The notes beneath the pieces were generated by a model. That model saw only the letters and a program-made list of their open reading frames with translations. It did no database searches and was not told the origin of the DNA. From an uncultured Nitrososphaeraceae archaeon (GTDB taxonomy: Archaea; Thermoproteota; Nitrososphaeria; Nitrososphaerales; Nitrososphaeraceae), in assembly GCA_963729045.1 (NCBI GenBank), contig CAVSMN010000001.1, positions 24,705 to 88,704 on the forward strand: a DNA stretch of 64,000 nucleotides. The letters run 5' to 3'. Numbering within the stretch: position 1 is the first letter of the stretch; each line of letters opens with the position of its first letter. Position numbers and translations under genes: made by a program. Shown piece by piece: positions 20,623-32,249 of this stretch.

Positions 20623-22101
20623 TTAACCTTTAATAACTCCTAGTGGGACCAATCTAACAACTTTTGTGGCAATCCCAACCTTATGTGACACATCGGCAAC
20701 CATATCGACATCCTTATACGCATCGGGAGATTCTTCGATCAATCCATTTTTAGTTAAAGATTTAACATATATGCCCCGTGATTCTAACTTTTTCTTCACA
20801 TCATCTAACGTATAAGTTCTTTTTGCTTCTGATCTTGACATAGTTCTTCCTGCCCCATGAGCCGTTGATCCAAAGCTAAGATCCATTGATTTAGGTGAGC
20901 CCAAAAGAACCCAACTTGCAGTACCCATGGACCCTGGAATAATTACAGGTTGTCCTACAGAACGAAATTTATCGGGTAGTTGTTCCATTCCCGAAGGAAA
21001 TGCACGTGTTGCGCCTTTTCTATGTACTACTAAATCACGAGATCCTTCCCCATCAACTCTATGACGTTCTACCTTTGCAATATTATGAGATACATCGTAT
21101 ACTAATTCCATGCCGAGATCTTGTTCGCTTAATTGAAGAACTCGTTGAAATGTCTTCCTCGTCCAGTGAGTGAGCATTTGCCTATTTGCCCAAGCAAAAT
21201 TTAGCGCAGAAAACATGGACTTTCTATAACTCTCTCCTTCCACTGAGGTATTAGGAACACAGGCCAATTCTCTATCTACAACATTTAGATTATATTTTTT
21301 CATGGCTTGTTCTGACAACCGTAGGTAGTCACTACAAACTTGATGTCCAAATCCACGGGAACCACAATGTATTAAAATTTGTATTTCTCCTTCTTTTCTA
21401 ATTCCCATGGTATTGGCCGCTTCTTCATCATATATCTTGTCCACTTTTTGGATCTCTAGAAAATGATTTCCCGAACCCAAACTCCCTAGTTGCATTGAAC
21501 CGCGTTTTCTAGCGTTAGTTGAAATATTTATAGGATCTGCCCCTTTCATTCTTCCACTCTCTTCACAAGATTCAAGATCGGTATCTATTCCATAACCATT
21601 CTCTACAGACCATTTTGCGCCGTCAATGAGTAGATCGTCCAGCTCTGAGCTGGTCAGCTTAATAGCCCCCTCACTTCCAACACCTGTGGGAATAGAGGAA
21701 AATAGAGAATCAACTAGAATTTTGAGTTTAGAATGAACATCAGATTCTACAAGATTAGTTCTAATCAGTCTGACTCCACAATTAATATCATAACCTACTC
21801 CACCAGGACTAATGATACCCTCTTCTAAATCTGATGCAGCCACGCCACCCACAGGAAATCCATATCCTTCATGACCATCAGGAAGTACAACTACATGTTT
21901 TTTTACCCCAGGCAGGGTTGTGACATTGACAGCTTGATCGAGTGTTCGATCAAGGGCCATTTTAGATATCAATAGATCATTCGCAAATATTGTTACAGGA
22001 ACATTCATCCCACGCGAATCTTCTTTATATATCTGAAATTGATAGTCAGAAATTTTATTAACCAAATGCTTCCCATTTTTTGTTACTAATGAACCAGACA
22101 T
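20623..22101 (-). CDS. rtcB: tRNA-splicing ligase RtcB
   Basis: PDGHEGYGFPVGG, GYDINCGVR, GSGNHFLE, HRKGATR, HGAGR, EESPDAYK. Confidence 0.98.
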   Translation of the reverse strand: MSGSLVTKNGKHLVNKISDYQFQIYKEDSRGMNVPVTIFANDLLISKMALDRTLDQAVNVTTLPGVKKHVVVLPDGHEGYGFPVGGVAASDLEEGIISPGGVGYDINCGVRLIRTNLVESDVHSKLKILVDSLFSSIPTGVGSEGAIKLTSSELDDLLIDGAKWSVENGYGIDTDLESCEESGRMKGADPINISTNARKRGSMQLGSLGSGNHFLEIQKVDKIYDEEAANTMGIRKEGEIQILIHCGSRGFGHQVCSDYLRLSEQAMKKYNLNVVDRELACVPNTSVEGESYRKSMFSALNFAWANRQMLTHWTRKTFQRVLQLSEQDLGMELVYDVSHNIAKVERHRVDGEGSRDLVVHRKGATRAFPSGMEQLPDKFRSVGQPVIIPGSMGTASWVLLGSPKSMDLSFGSTAHGAGRTMSRSEAKRTYTLDDVKKKLESRGIYVKSLTKNGLIEESPDAYKDVDMVADVSHKVGIATKVVRLVPLGVIKG

Positions 22102-22189
22102 TATTCCCTTTATGATAAATATTTTAATTTTGTCAAATATTAATCATCCTAAATAATAAATTAGATAATCAATATCTGACTTTAGACTA

Positions 22190-23545
22190 ATGCCTATTTT
22201 ACCTATTGATAGCGGAAGATATGGAACGAAAGAAATGAAAGACATTTTTGAAGAAGATAGAAAACTAAATTATGAATTAATTTTTGAATCTGCGGTTGCA
22301 AATGCACAGGCGGAATTACAGATAATTCCGATGGAAGCTTCTAAAAATATAGAAGAGGTTGTTTCATCTAATAAAATATCAGTACAAAGAGTAAAAGAAT
22401 TAGAAAGTATAAGTGATCATGATACTGCTGCGATAGTAGAAGCAATAAGCGAGTTATGTTCAGAAAGTTCAAAACCTTGGATTCATTATGGCTTGACAAG
22501 TAATGATGTGGTAGATAGTAGTACCTCAATGCAGATGCGGGACGTATTTAAGATACTGGAATCAAAATTGCACCAGCTAATCAAAGAATTACTAAAAAAA
22601 TCAACAGAATATCAAGATTTGCCTGCGGTAGGTAGAACTCATGGCCAACATGCAAGTATTACTTCCTTTGGACTTAAATTTGCTATTTGGTCAAATGAAT
22701 TACTTGACCACCTAATAAGGATTGACGAGGGGAAAAAAAGATTTCTACTTTGCAAAACCCTAGGAGTTGTGGGAACAGGATCTTTGATGAGAGAGAATGC
22801 ATTAGAGGTTCAAAAAATAGTTGCAAAGAAACTAGACCTCTTCCCCACCGAAGCTGCAACCCAAGTGATTCCAAGGGAGAGATATTCAGAAATGTTATTC
22901 ACAATTACACTAATAGCATTAACATTAGACAAAATAGCTATCGAAATTAGAAACTTGCAGCGTACTGAGATCGGAGAAGTTCAAGAACCATTTAAGAAAG
23001 GACAGATGGGAAGTAGCGCAGTACCAGTAAAAAAAAATCCAATAAAGAGCGAAAGAATCTCTTCATTGGCCAGAATCGTTAAATCAAATCTGAACGTTTC
23101 TTTAGAAAATATAGCATTATGGCATGAAAGAGATTTATCAAATTCGGCTAACGAACGTTTTATTATTCCAATGTCATCCATCCTGGTGGATGATATGATA
23201 AGCACAATGATAAAGATCATAGCAGGTTTAAAAATAAACAAGGAAAAAATAGTAAATAACATAGAATTGACCAAGGGTCAAATATTTGCAGAATTTGTCC
23301 TACAAGTTTTGGTATTAAAAGGTATTCCAAGATTCAAAGCATATAGAGATATTCAATCAGTAGCCTTTAGTGCAGCTGAAAAACAAGAACACTTTTTTGA
23401 TGCTTTAATAAAAGAAGAAGAAATTATCAATAATGTAAGCAAAGAGGAATTAGAAGTGATATTTAATCCCCAAAGTCAACTTTCTGCATCGAAGAACATT
23501 ATAAGAAATATAGTAAATAAAGCGAAACAAATGAATATTTCCTAA
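22190..23545 (+). CDS. purB: Adenylosuccinate lyase
   Basis: HYGLTSND, GRTHGQHA, GSSAVPVKKNP, WHERDLSNS. Confidence 0.97.
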   Translation: MPILPIDSGRYGTKEMKDIFEEDRKLNYELIFESAVANAQAELQIIPMEASKNIEEVVSSNKISVQRVKELESISDHDTAAIVEAISELCSESSKPWIHYGLTSNDVVDSSTSMQMRDVFKILESKLHQLIKELLKKSTEYQDLPAVGRTHGQHASITSFGLKFAIWSNELLDHLIRIDEGKKRFLLCKTLGVVGTGSLMRENALEVQKIVAKKLDLFPTEAATQVIPRERYSEMLFTITLIALTLDKIAIEIRNLQRTEIGEVQEPFKKGQMGSSAVPVKKNPIKSERISSLARIVKSNLNVSLENIALWHERDLSNSANERFIIPMSSILVDDMISTMIKIIAGLKINKEKIVNNIELTKGQIFAEFVLQVLVLKGIPRFKAYRDIQSVAFSAAEKQEHFFDALIKEEEIINNVSKEELEVIFNPQSQLSASKNIIRNIVNKAKQMNIS

Positions 23546-23773
23546 CCACATCTACAATATTTTTTCAAAGTATTTCTACCAATTTCGAATACTAGTTCAA
23601 ACTCTCAAAGCAGTTTCCTAACTTTTTATGGTATTCTGTCATATGTACATGTTGATATAATAATTTTTAGTATCAATACGAGGTAATACAAAAATAACAT
23701 TCATAAGATAGAAAGAGGGATAATTCAAGTTAAATATTAATAAATGGAAAATTAAACAGAACCCAATTTCCAT

Positions 23774-26185
23774 TTGGGGTGGAAAATTGATTTGAATGTA
23801 GGCGAGTCGATTAAGAAATGGACTTTTAATTTGTCCTATTATGATTATGCGAGTTGCTTTTTCATTTCATTATCATTTGTCTCGATGATCACAACAGGTA
23901 TTTTCGCCATCCCGCTAGTATCAGATTTTTTTTCAGAAAAGGAATTTGATTGGAATAGAGATTGGACCAACGTACTATTCACTACAACTAGTATGCTGGG
24001 TTTTATATGGGGTCTTATGGCACATTCACAGTTTGATATTTCTACAAAAATGGTAAGGAATACCTGGCATTTATGTCGTAAACTAGACCCATTTATAGGA
24101 GAATATGACTATAAAACATTCAATCCGGAAACAAATCATTTGGAAGACGGATATGCCTATCATAGTTTAGTAGATTTTTGGGATAGGGAAAACGAGGTAC
24201 CCCACTGGCTTGATAAGGGAAAATACTGGAAGATATTATTGGAGTTGCGGAAAATAAACAAGAACGTAAGGCTGGAAGTGACAAAGGATGCAAATCTCCC
24301 TTTTAAAAGAGGAAAGGGTAACATAGTAGTTATATTAAAAAAATTCGATCAGGCTGATTCTCCGAGTAAGAAAAATAAATTAACTGATGGTAAGAATGCA
24401 ATATTTAGGGTTATGATTCCGCAATGGCTAGTAATTAACACAGAATATAAAAGATTTAACATTTTCTCTCAAACAGAAATAAATACAGTAACAAACATAC
24501 TTTCAGATGTTAATAAAAACATACCCAAAATAATTGATGAAATAATTTTCAAAGAAGAACCTTTTCTGAAAGATTCTGGAAATATTTTGACATCCTTCTC
24601 CACGTACCTATACAAGAGTCTCCCCATAAGGATAGTGTATAATAGAATTAAAGAAATACTTCCGGGTGCAAAAAAGCGTCAAATACAATACACGAATGAA
24701 AATCTTTCGAGTTTATCTCTAGATTATCTAATTGAATCTATTTTGTTAAAGGCCAGACCCACAGGCATCAATCAGGAATCATTGACTAAATTGCATTTAT
24801 TGACCCAATATCTTAAAAAAGAATATGATAAGCTAGGCTTAGGAGAAGGATCGAGTGAATATCACAATCTACATCACTCCCTAGAAGTCGCATATATGAG
24901 CCTAAACATGTTACCAAAGGAAATTCATGGTTACACGATTACCAATAGAGACTATGAAATAATGCTAGTTGCAGCATTGTTACATGATTACGATCCGGAC
25001 CAAGGCACCTCGCATTATGATTTAAAGTATACAAGAGTTCCCACAGTAGCAAACACTATAGCGGAAATAAAAAGAAAAAGAATTCATGATGCATATTTTT
25101 TGCTAAATAGTGAAGAACTAGTTAGATTTTTTAGAAAATATGAGTCTTCTCCTTTGGTAGTGGCACAGGAGTTTGCTACCACTCATCCAGAAATGTTAAA
25201 TGGTAGAGAAGCTAAAATCGAAGGCAAAATAGTTGAAGCTTTAATATGGAGAACAGACTATCCTTTTAATGAAAATGCGTATAACAACTTTAATCGGTTA
25301 CTAAAAGAAATAGATGGTCAAGACTTTTCCGTAGAGAAAATCAATCTAATCGCAGAAATTCTATCATTAGCTGATCTGTCAGTAACGTATCTTAGTTCTG
25401 ATCCTCTCTTAGCATGGAACAGAGTAGTAAAATTGTATGAAGAACTAGATTTTCCATTGGTAGAAGCTGTTTCTAGAACTGACAGATTCTTGTCTTTATT
25501 TTCAGAAGGTTCATTATTTAAGGACATAATATCAAGAAAAAACTTTCCAGATGTTTTCAGACAAAAATGGGATAATGTATATCAATTTTTTCATGAGGGA
25601 AATCCATCAAACAAAATAAACAATCTAATCTTGGATGCTAAAACAAAATATGAAAAAATTAACATGGATGTGTCGGTCAGTAATTGCGATTATTTAATTA
25701 ACACTGCTCTTCATAATAAGAACGAATATCATATAGGAATTGTAAAAGATAAAGACGAAATAATAAAGGCACAAACAAAATTATCAGGACTTCAAATAGA
25801 GAATTTAGAGATTCTTCCAGGCAACCCGGACAACATTCTCCCTTTCATAAAAGATAAATCCGTTGATAATTTCATGATAACAATCTTTTGTGATAATTCT
25901 GAAAAAAGAGTCAATAAAGAAAGGATACTAAAAAATCTACTTCATTCTTACAAGTCTAAATTAAGCCAAGATGGAACTATTCAAATTATTGTGGAGAACG
26001 AACAGGATTTTAGAAAAATATTGTCATTAATACCTGAACATGACTTTAAAACAACTAACATGTCCGATAAGGTTGCATTAAGAGCACTGAATCTAGATAA
26101 ATCTGGACACACCAATGATGCTAAAAATGTCAAAATAATAACTATACAAAAGCAACAAAATAATGACAATAATATACAAAAATGA
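23774..26185 (+). CDS. Membrane-anchored HD-domain phosphohydrolase (PDE-like motifs) with a degenerate Rossmann/methyltransferase-like C-terminus
   Basis: Two N-terminal hydrophobic helices; YHNLHHSLEV, AALLHDYD, LSLADLS; C-terminal DKSVD...LSQDGTIQI. Confidence 0.7.
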   Translation: MGWKIDLNVGESIKKWTFNLSYYDYASCFFISLSFVSMITTGIFAIPLVSDFFSEKEFDWNRDWTNVLFTTTSMLGFIWGLMAHSQFDISTKMVRNTWHLCRKLDPFIGEYDYKTFNPETNHLEDGYAYHSLVDFWDRENEVPHWLDKGKYWKILLELRKINKNVRLEVTKDANLPFKRGKGNIVVILKKFDQADSPSKKNKLTDGKNAIFRVMIPQWLVINTEYKRFNIFSQTEINTVTNILSDVNKNIPKIIDEIIFKEEPFLKDSGNILTSFSTYLYKSLPIRIVYNRIKEILPGAKKRQIQYTNENLSSLSLDYLIESILLKARPTGINQESLTKLHLLTQYLKKEYDKLGLGEGSSEYHNLHHSLEVAYMSLNMLPKEIHGYTITNRDYEIMLVAALLHDYDPDQGTSHYDLKYTRVPTVANTIAEIKRKRIHDAYFLLNSEELVRFFRKYESSPLVVAQEFATTHPEMLNGREAKIEGKIVEALIWRTDYPFNENAYNNFNRLLKEIDGQDFSVEKINLIAEILSLADLSVTYLSSDPLLAWNRVVKLYEELDFPLVEAVSRTDRFLSLFSEGSLFKDIISRKNFPDVFRQKWDNVYQFFHEGNPSNKINNLILDAKTKYEKINMDVSVSNCDYLINTALHNKNEYHIGIVKDKDEIIKAQTKLSGLQIENLEILPGNPDNILPFIKDKSVDNFMITIFCDNSEKRVNKERILKNLLHSYKSKLSQDGTIQIIVENEQDFRKILSLIPEHDFKTTNMSDKVALRALNLDKSGHTNDAKNVKIITIQKQQNNDNNIQK

Positions 26186-26239
26186 CCCCATAAAAAAAAG
26201 AAATAATAAAGAAAGAAAACATCCAAATATAATATAATT

Positions 26240-29200
26240 TTGGTCTATATTAAAAAATTAGATGTTTTTGGATTTAAATCGTTTGGATCAAAGAACATTT
26301 CACTAAACTTTCAAAAAGGTCTAATAGCTGTAACTGGACCAAATGGGTCGGGCAAAAGCAATATTCTTGATGCAATAATATTCGCTTTAGGGGAGAACAG
26401 TCCAAAAGCCCTTCGTGTAGACAAATTTCAATCACTTTTTCATGATAGTAGTTCAAATGATAATTCTAATAAAATAGTTAAGGTCAGTGTAACTTTTGAC
26501 AATGAAGATAGAGGAATTCCAGTGGATGCCAATCTTGTTACCATAACGAGAGAAATGTCCGGAGTCAACACTGGAGAAAGTCAATACTATTTGAATAAAA
26601 AGAGAGTATCGAGAAATAATATCTTGGAATTATTAGAGATAGTGGTCGCCTCTCCTAATAAACTGAATATAGTCCAACAAGGGATGATTACTAGAATATC
26701 GGAACTGAATTCGGAAGAAAGGAGGAAAATAATCGAAGATATAGTTGGACTCTCATATTTTGATGAAAAGAAAAATCAGGCCTATAAACAACTCGAGGAA
26801 TCAGACAGAAGGCTTGAAATAGCATTGGCTAAAATGGACGAAGTAAGGAATAGGATTGATGAGTTAGAAGAAGAGAGAAACGATCAACATAGATATTTAC
26901 AAATAGAATCAGAGATTAACCGGCTAAAAGCGATAAAACTGTCCGGAAGCATAAATAATCTAACTGGAAAAATATCAGAATTCAATGAAGAGCAAAAAAC
27001 TAAGGAAATTAAAAGTCAAGAGGTTTCAAAAAAACTAGGAGAAGTAACCACTCAAATCGAAAACATTAGTCAAGAGAAAAAGTTATTTTTGGTTCAGGCC
27101 AATTCTGCAAGCAGTGAAAGAACAAAAAATGAGAAAAGACTATCAACAGTAGCCTATGAATACGAAAGAAATAGAGCTACGATAAAAGAAGCAGAACATT
27201 ATTTTGACCAATTAAATCAAAAGGAGAAAACCAATGAGATCGAGCAAAAAACCTTTAGAGAAAAAGAGATCGAATTAAACAATCAATTAATAGATATTGA
27301 ATCCAAGATCAAGATAGATGAAGAAAACCATAAATGAGTTGAGAAAGAAAAAATCTGAGAAAACCAAAGAAATAGATGAAATTAACAAGATAAACTCGGG
27401 TGAAATAACATACAAGAATTTCTTGACAGATAGAATAAATAAATTAATCCCCATAAAAGGAAAAATTGAAATAACCATAGCCAGATTTGAAGAAAACATT
27501 AAAAATTATTCCGAAAAGATAAAGGAAAATGACTCACAAATCCACAAGGTCCTTGCAAAGAATCAGGAAATTGAAAGTGCTATTCTCAGTTCAAAATCAA
27601 AAATTAAAGAGCTTGATACAGGAATAAGTAAGCTGGAAGACGAGAAAGAAACAATTGATAATAAATTATTCAAAGCTACCGCCGAAACCAATATCTCAAA
27701 AAGAGTAATAGAAAATGCAGAAAAAGTGATCATTAAATACGAAGAGAAAATAAACCTAGCAAAGAATAGTTTAACTGAGGATTATGCGATTGCAACCCTA
27801 TTAAAAGATTTTAAGAATTTAGATGTAATAGGATACGTATTTAATTTAATAACATGGAATGAGAAATATCAAAAAGCTGTAGTTGCATCCGGAAACGAAT
27901 GGATGAAAGCTGTAATTGTAAAAGACATCAAAAGTATGATTACACTTGCAGAATTCTCAAAAAATAAAGGAATACATTTTCTAAAGATAATTCCACTCGA
28001 ACTACTTAGTGGAGAGAAGATAAAAGATATTGAAGACAATCCATCGATTTTGGGAGTTCTCTCAGATTTTGTCTCAAGCAAAGTAAAACACTTACCCGAA
28101 TTTTTATTTGGAAACACGATTCTTACGAAGAATCCGTTGACAGCATATTTATTATCCAATAATGGTTTCAAAGCCGTATCAACGAGTGGAGAAATTTTTT
28201 TTCCTAACTTGTCGTTAATGCAATTTGATTACGGATCAAAAATTGCAGATGTTACGAAGGATTTGTTACTTTCTGACTCTATTGAAAATTTAAGAAAAAA
28301 TATAGAAAAATTACAAGAATTAACAAGAATAAGAATTACGGAGCTTGATATGCTAAATAAGGAGAGAACATTCTTGGGAGGGAAACTGGATACATTTACT
28401 TTAGAAAAGTCCAATATCACAAAAAACATCAATGAGTTAGAAAATCTTTTAGTAACAAATCTTAAAAATTTGAATATACTATATACTATAAACAAGGAAC
28501 ATAGCACACATTTGGATGATCTTTTTCGCAATTTTAGCTACTCTAAAAGGAGGTTCAAAATTATTACTAATACTAATAGTAGAATGAATATTGAAATAAA
28601 AAATACGGATGAAAGAATTGACATGCAAAAGATAATGAAAATTGAAGAAGACGGACGCAAAATTGTTGGTGAACTAGATATCATAAACACCAGATTAAAT
28701 CAATTGAAATTAACACATTCGATGGTAAAGAATAATATAGAAAATATTACTCGGGCACATAATAAATCCATACAAGAAGATGATCAAATCAGGATAGAAA
28801 AGGTTGAGAGGAATAGGATTCTAGAAAAAGCCACATCAGATGGAAAGGATATAGAATCAGAATTAAGAACTCTGAGGGAAAAGGAAGATGAAATAATTCA
28901 AGCAACAAGCACCACTTACTCAAGATTACAAGAGTATGAAACAGAGATCAAGAAATTAACCGAACTAGAAAAAAAACTTGGTAAAGAATCAAATCAATTA
29001 GAAAAAGATATTGGATTTTTAAGAAAAGATATTCTAGATCTGGAATATCAAAAAATGAATCAAACTAACGATCTTGCTAGATTAGGTCACAAATCCTTGT
29101 TGGAAAGTTTTGATGTAGACGACTTATATCGCGAACTGAAAGAAGAGTATGAAAATATAAGAGATAAAGTAAATTTTAGAGCAGATGAAACTTATTTAGA

Positions 29201-29771
29201 GATAATAGAGGGATACAGAGGTTTATCGGATAAAAGAAACCATCTTGAAGAAGAGAGAAATTCAATTGTGAATTTCATAGAAGAAATAGGTAAAGAAAAA
29301 GAAAATCTATTTACGGATGCTTTCAAGAAAGTTGATGATGACATTAGAAAAACATTTTCCGATATTACCGGAGGTAATGCCTATTTGGAACTTGAGGATC
29401 CCGATAACATTTTTTCTGGCGGGATTTTATTAATGGTGCAATTTCCCAATAAACCTGCCAGGGAATCTACATCCTTGTCTGGAGGTGAAAAAACAATGGC
29501 TGCAATAGTATTCCTTCTGGCATTACAATCGCTAAAACCATCTCCATTCTATTTAATGGATGAGGTAGATGCCCATCTTGATGCTCAAAACACTGAAAGG
29601 CTATCAAAAATACTACTACTTAGATCTGTCAATAATCAAATTATAATGGTAACACTCAAAGATTCCACAGTAGCAAAATCAGATTTAATATTTGGGGTTT
29701 ATCCGAAGAATGGACTATCTCAAGTGGTAAAGTACAATCATCCAAGCAAAGTCAAATTAGAAGTAGAGTGA
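26240..29771 (+). CDS. smc: Chromosome segregation protein SMC (frameshift near 27325)
   Basis: GFKSF, GPNGSGKSN, hinge region, LSGGEK, DEVDAHLD; halves join if one A is removed from gaaaacc. Confidence 0.95.
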
Positions 29772-29805
29772 CACATAATTAAACGATGGATAAATTGAAT
29801 CCTAA

Positions 29806-30813
29806 TTAATATTTTGATTTTGATTTTTTTTGATTTGGGTTTAGGTTTCTATAATAGAAACAAGAAACAGAATGTCTCTTGCTAATATCAAATTGTTCTA
29901 TATCATTAGTACAATCAGTAAAAGATAATTTACACCTATTATAAAATTTACATCCCTTTAATGGCAATTCAGATAAATTTATGCCACCGAAGCTCTTATA
30001 GAATTTAGATTCATCGGTTGAAAAAGTAACCGCATCCAGTAACATCCAAGTATACGGATGAAGTGGATTATGTAACACTTCATCAATTTCTCCATATTCG
30101 ACGATGCTTCCAGCAAACATAATCCCAATCTTATCACCAATGAATCGCGAGGTTGCTAAATCATGTGTGATATAAATAATAGAAATATTCAGAGTCTTTC
30201 TCAACTCATTTAATAACGACAAGATTTCAGCTCTAACAGAAATGTCTAACATCGAAACAGGTTCATCAGCTATTATTAATTTTGGGATTTTTACAATTGA
30301 TCTCGCAATTGAAACACGTTGTCTTTGACCACCTGAAAGCATGGTTGGATATTTCTCCAAAATCTCTTCAACGGGTTCAAGTCTTGTTCTACGTAGTGCA
30401 AGACGCACTTTCTCATCTTTTTCGTTACGACTTAATTTATTCTCATGAATTTTTAGTGGCTCCATGACTATGTCTTTTATTTTGATGTGGGGATTTAAGG
30501 AACTATAGGGATCCTGATGGATCATCTGGATCATTGAATAAAATGCTTTCCTTTTTTTTAGAGAGTGAACGTCATTCCCCTCAAAGGATATAGTACCATC
30601 GTCGGGGATTATAGCACCCATTATGAGTTTAGCGAGCGTAGTTTTTCCAGAACCAGATTCGCCGGCTATAACCAATACTTCACCCTGTCCCAAATCAAAG
30701 GATACATTATCGATTGCCTTTCTGGCTGGATTTGATGAAGATAAAAGATGGAAAATATTCCTATGAATTGGAAAAGTTTTGTTTACATTCCTGACCTGAA
30801 GCAAAGGCGACAT
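29806..30813 (-). CDS. Oligopeptide/dipeptide ABC transporter ATP-binding protein
   Basis: GESGSGKT, LSGGQRQR, DEPVSMLD, HPYT, C-terminal Cys cluster. Confidence 0.93.
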   Translation of the reverse strand: MSPLLQVRNVNKTFPIHRNIFHLLSSSNPARKAIDNVSFDLGQGEVLVIAGESGSGKTTLAKLIMGAIIPDDGTISFEGNDVHSLKKRKAFYSMIQMIHQDPYSSLNPHIKIKDIVMEPLKIHENKLSRNEKDEKVRLALRRTRLEPVEEILEKYPTMLSGGQRQRVSIARSIVKIPKLIIADEPVSMLDISVRAEILSLLNELRKTLNISIIYITHDLATSRFIGDKIGIMFAGSIVEYGEIDEVLHNPLHPYTWMLLDAVTFSTDESKFYKSFGGINLSELPLKGCKFYNRCKLSFTDCTNDIEQFDISKRHSVSCFYYRNLNPNQKKSKSKY

Positions 30814-31164
30814 AAATAAAATATGAGCTTATTGGTATTTTAAAATATATCTATTAGTGTTCAGGAACACTGATTTGATGCCCCAGATTGAACTCATTTT
30901 CTTATGATTAATAGTCAAAAGTGGTTAACGATTAGAGTCAGATATTAATTTGTATTTTTATAGACATTCCTAACAATTAAGCAATATCCAACCTTATTGT
31001 AGGTATATAGACATTGTAAACCATGTCAACTATAGACTTTTTTTGTACCTGTAAATTGCATTTTACTTTTTTACCTCGATCAAGAATGTAAGAAAATATA
31101 TCATGATGAATTGATGATGATGGGAATATCATAAGCATATTATATTATTGTGAAAGAAAATCAA

Positions 31165-31725
31165 TTACATCTCAACATTGGTCCTAGTTTTCAATAACTT
31201 TCGTAAAACTTTCGTTATTATCATATTCAGAATCATGAAAATCAAAAATTCGGCATAATGAGAAGTTTTACAAATTCGGCATTTAGATTTTGATTCGGAT
31301 GAAATAATTGCCATTAAATTTTTTTCAGTTATCATGATCTTCTTGATGGCTTTATAGAATTTTGGATATAGCATATCAATAATTTCCCTGTTATCTCTCA
31401 CGATCGAAACAAATGGATAGTTTTCATAAGCCAGCATCTTTACATTAGCTTTATAATATTTTACTAAGGTCCCTTTAACCTCTTCTGTTTTATAAACACC
31501 TATCAAACCGTTTTTTTTCAGTATGGTTATGTGGTGTCTCAAAGTAGTCATGGCAATGTTAAATTTTGCTCTTTTTAATAAATCAAATAAATCCTTAGTC
31601 GAGAGGTTCCTATGATAAAGAAAATCTAAAATTTTTAGTCTGTGGGGATCGCTAGGTACTTTTGCAACATTTTCATTCATCAAAATTGTAGTCAATGGTC
31701 TTTCATGAACTATAGTTTTTCCCAT
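31165..31725 (-). CDS. ArsR-family winged-helix regulator with C-terminal CxxC..H
   Basis: SDPHRLKILDFL, TTLRHHITILKKNGLI, KYYKA; CRICKTSH. Confidence 0.8.
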   Translation of the reverse strand: MGKTIVHERPLTTILMNENVAKVPSDPHRLKILDFLYHRNLSTKDLFDLLKRAKFNIAMTTLRHHITILKKNGLIGVYKTEEVKGTLVKYYKANVKMLAYENYPFVSIVRDNREIIDMLYPKFYKAIKKIMITEKNLMAIISSESKSKCRICKTSHYAEFLIFMILNMIITKVLRKLLKTRTNVEM

Positions 31726-31805
31726 AGGATACTTTTTTCATCCAATTTTATTAATCTTGATTAAATATAGTGATAATAATCATTTATTGAACAGTTGCAC
31801 GAAAT

Positions 31806-32249
31806 ATGATTATGAATTCGATGAACAAATGCGTGTTTTGTGAAATAATTAATGGAAATATTAAAGCTAGAAAGATACATGAAACCGAACATTCAATAGC
31901 AATTTTAGATGCATTTCCCCTCAAGGATGGACATTCACTTATAATTGCCAAATCACATAAACCCAAAATTCAAGATTTGAGCTTTATAGAAAACAGGGAC
32001 ATTTTTGATGCATTGCACCTATTGACTGAAAAAATAGAAAAATCAATGAACTGTAATTCTTCACTAGTAGGTGTACATAATGGAAGGGATGCTGGGCAAG
32101 AAATTCCCCATTTTCATATTCATATTATTCCAATTGCAGAATCAAGTGAAAAGATTTCAATTCATTCTCTTTTTAATAAACGAGATACTCAAGGAAGTGA
32201 TTTAGATGAACAATGGAGAAAAATATCCAAGGAGATACAAAGAATCTAA
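31806..32249 (+). CDS. HIT family nucleotide hydrolase
   Basis: CVFCEII, GHSLII, NGRDAGQEIPHFHIHIIP. Confidence 0.95.
   Translation: MIMNSMNKCVFCEIINGNIKARKIHETEHSIAILDAFPLKDGHSLIIAKSHKPKIQDLSFIENRDIFDALHLLTEKIEKSMNCNSSLVGVHNGRDAGQEIPHFHIHIIPIAESSEKISIHSLFNKRDTQGSDLDEQWRKISKEIQRI

Noticed and set aside
27318..27337. Programmed ribosomal frameshift in smc (also considered for hisB and hisF)
   Set aside because: No clear slippery heptamer with a downstream structure; window-wide indels make assembly error more parsimonious
23774..29771. HD protein plus SMC as a Wadjet/Lamassu-like defence system
   Set aside because: SMC is a canonical full-length hinge-containing condensin subunit; no jetABD or lmu partners
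31095..31130. ATGATGA motifs as a box C/D sRNA
   Set aside because: No suitably placed CTGA D or D' boxes
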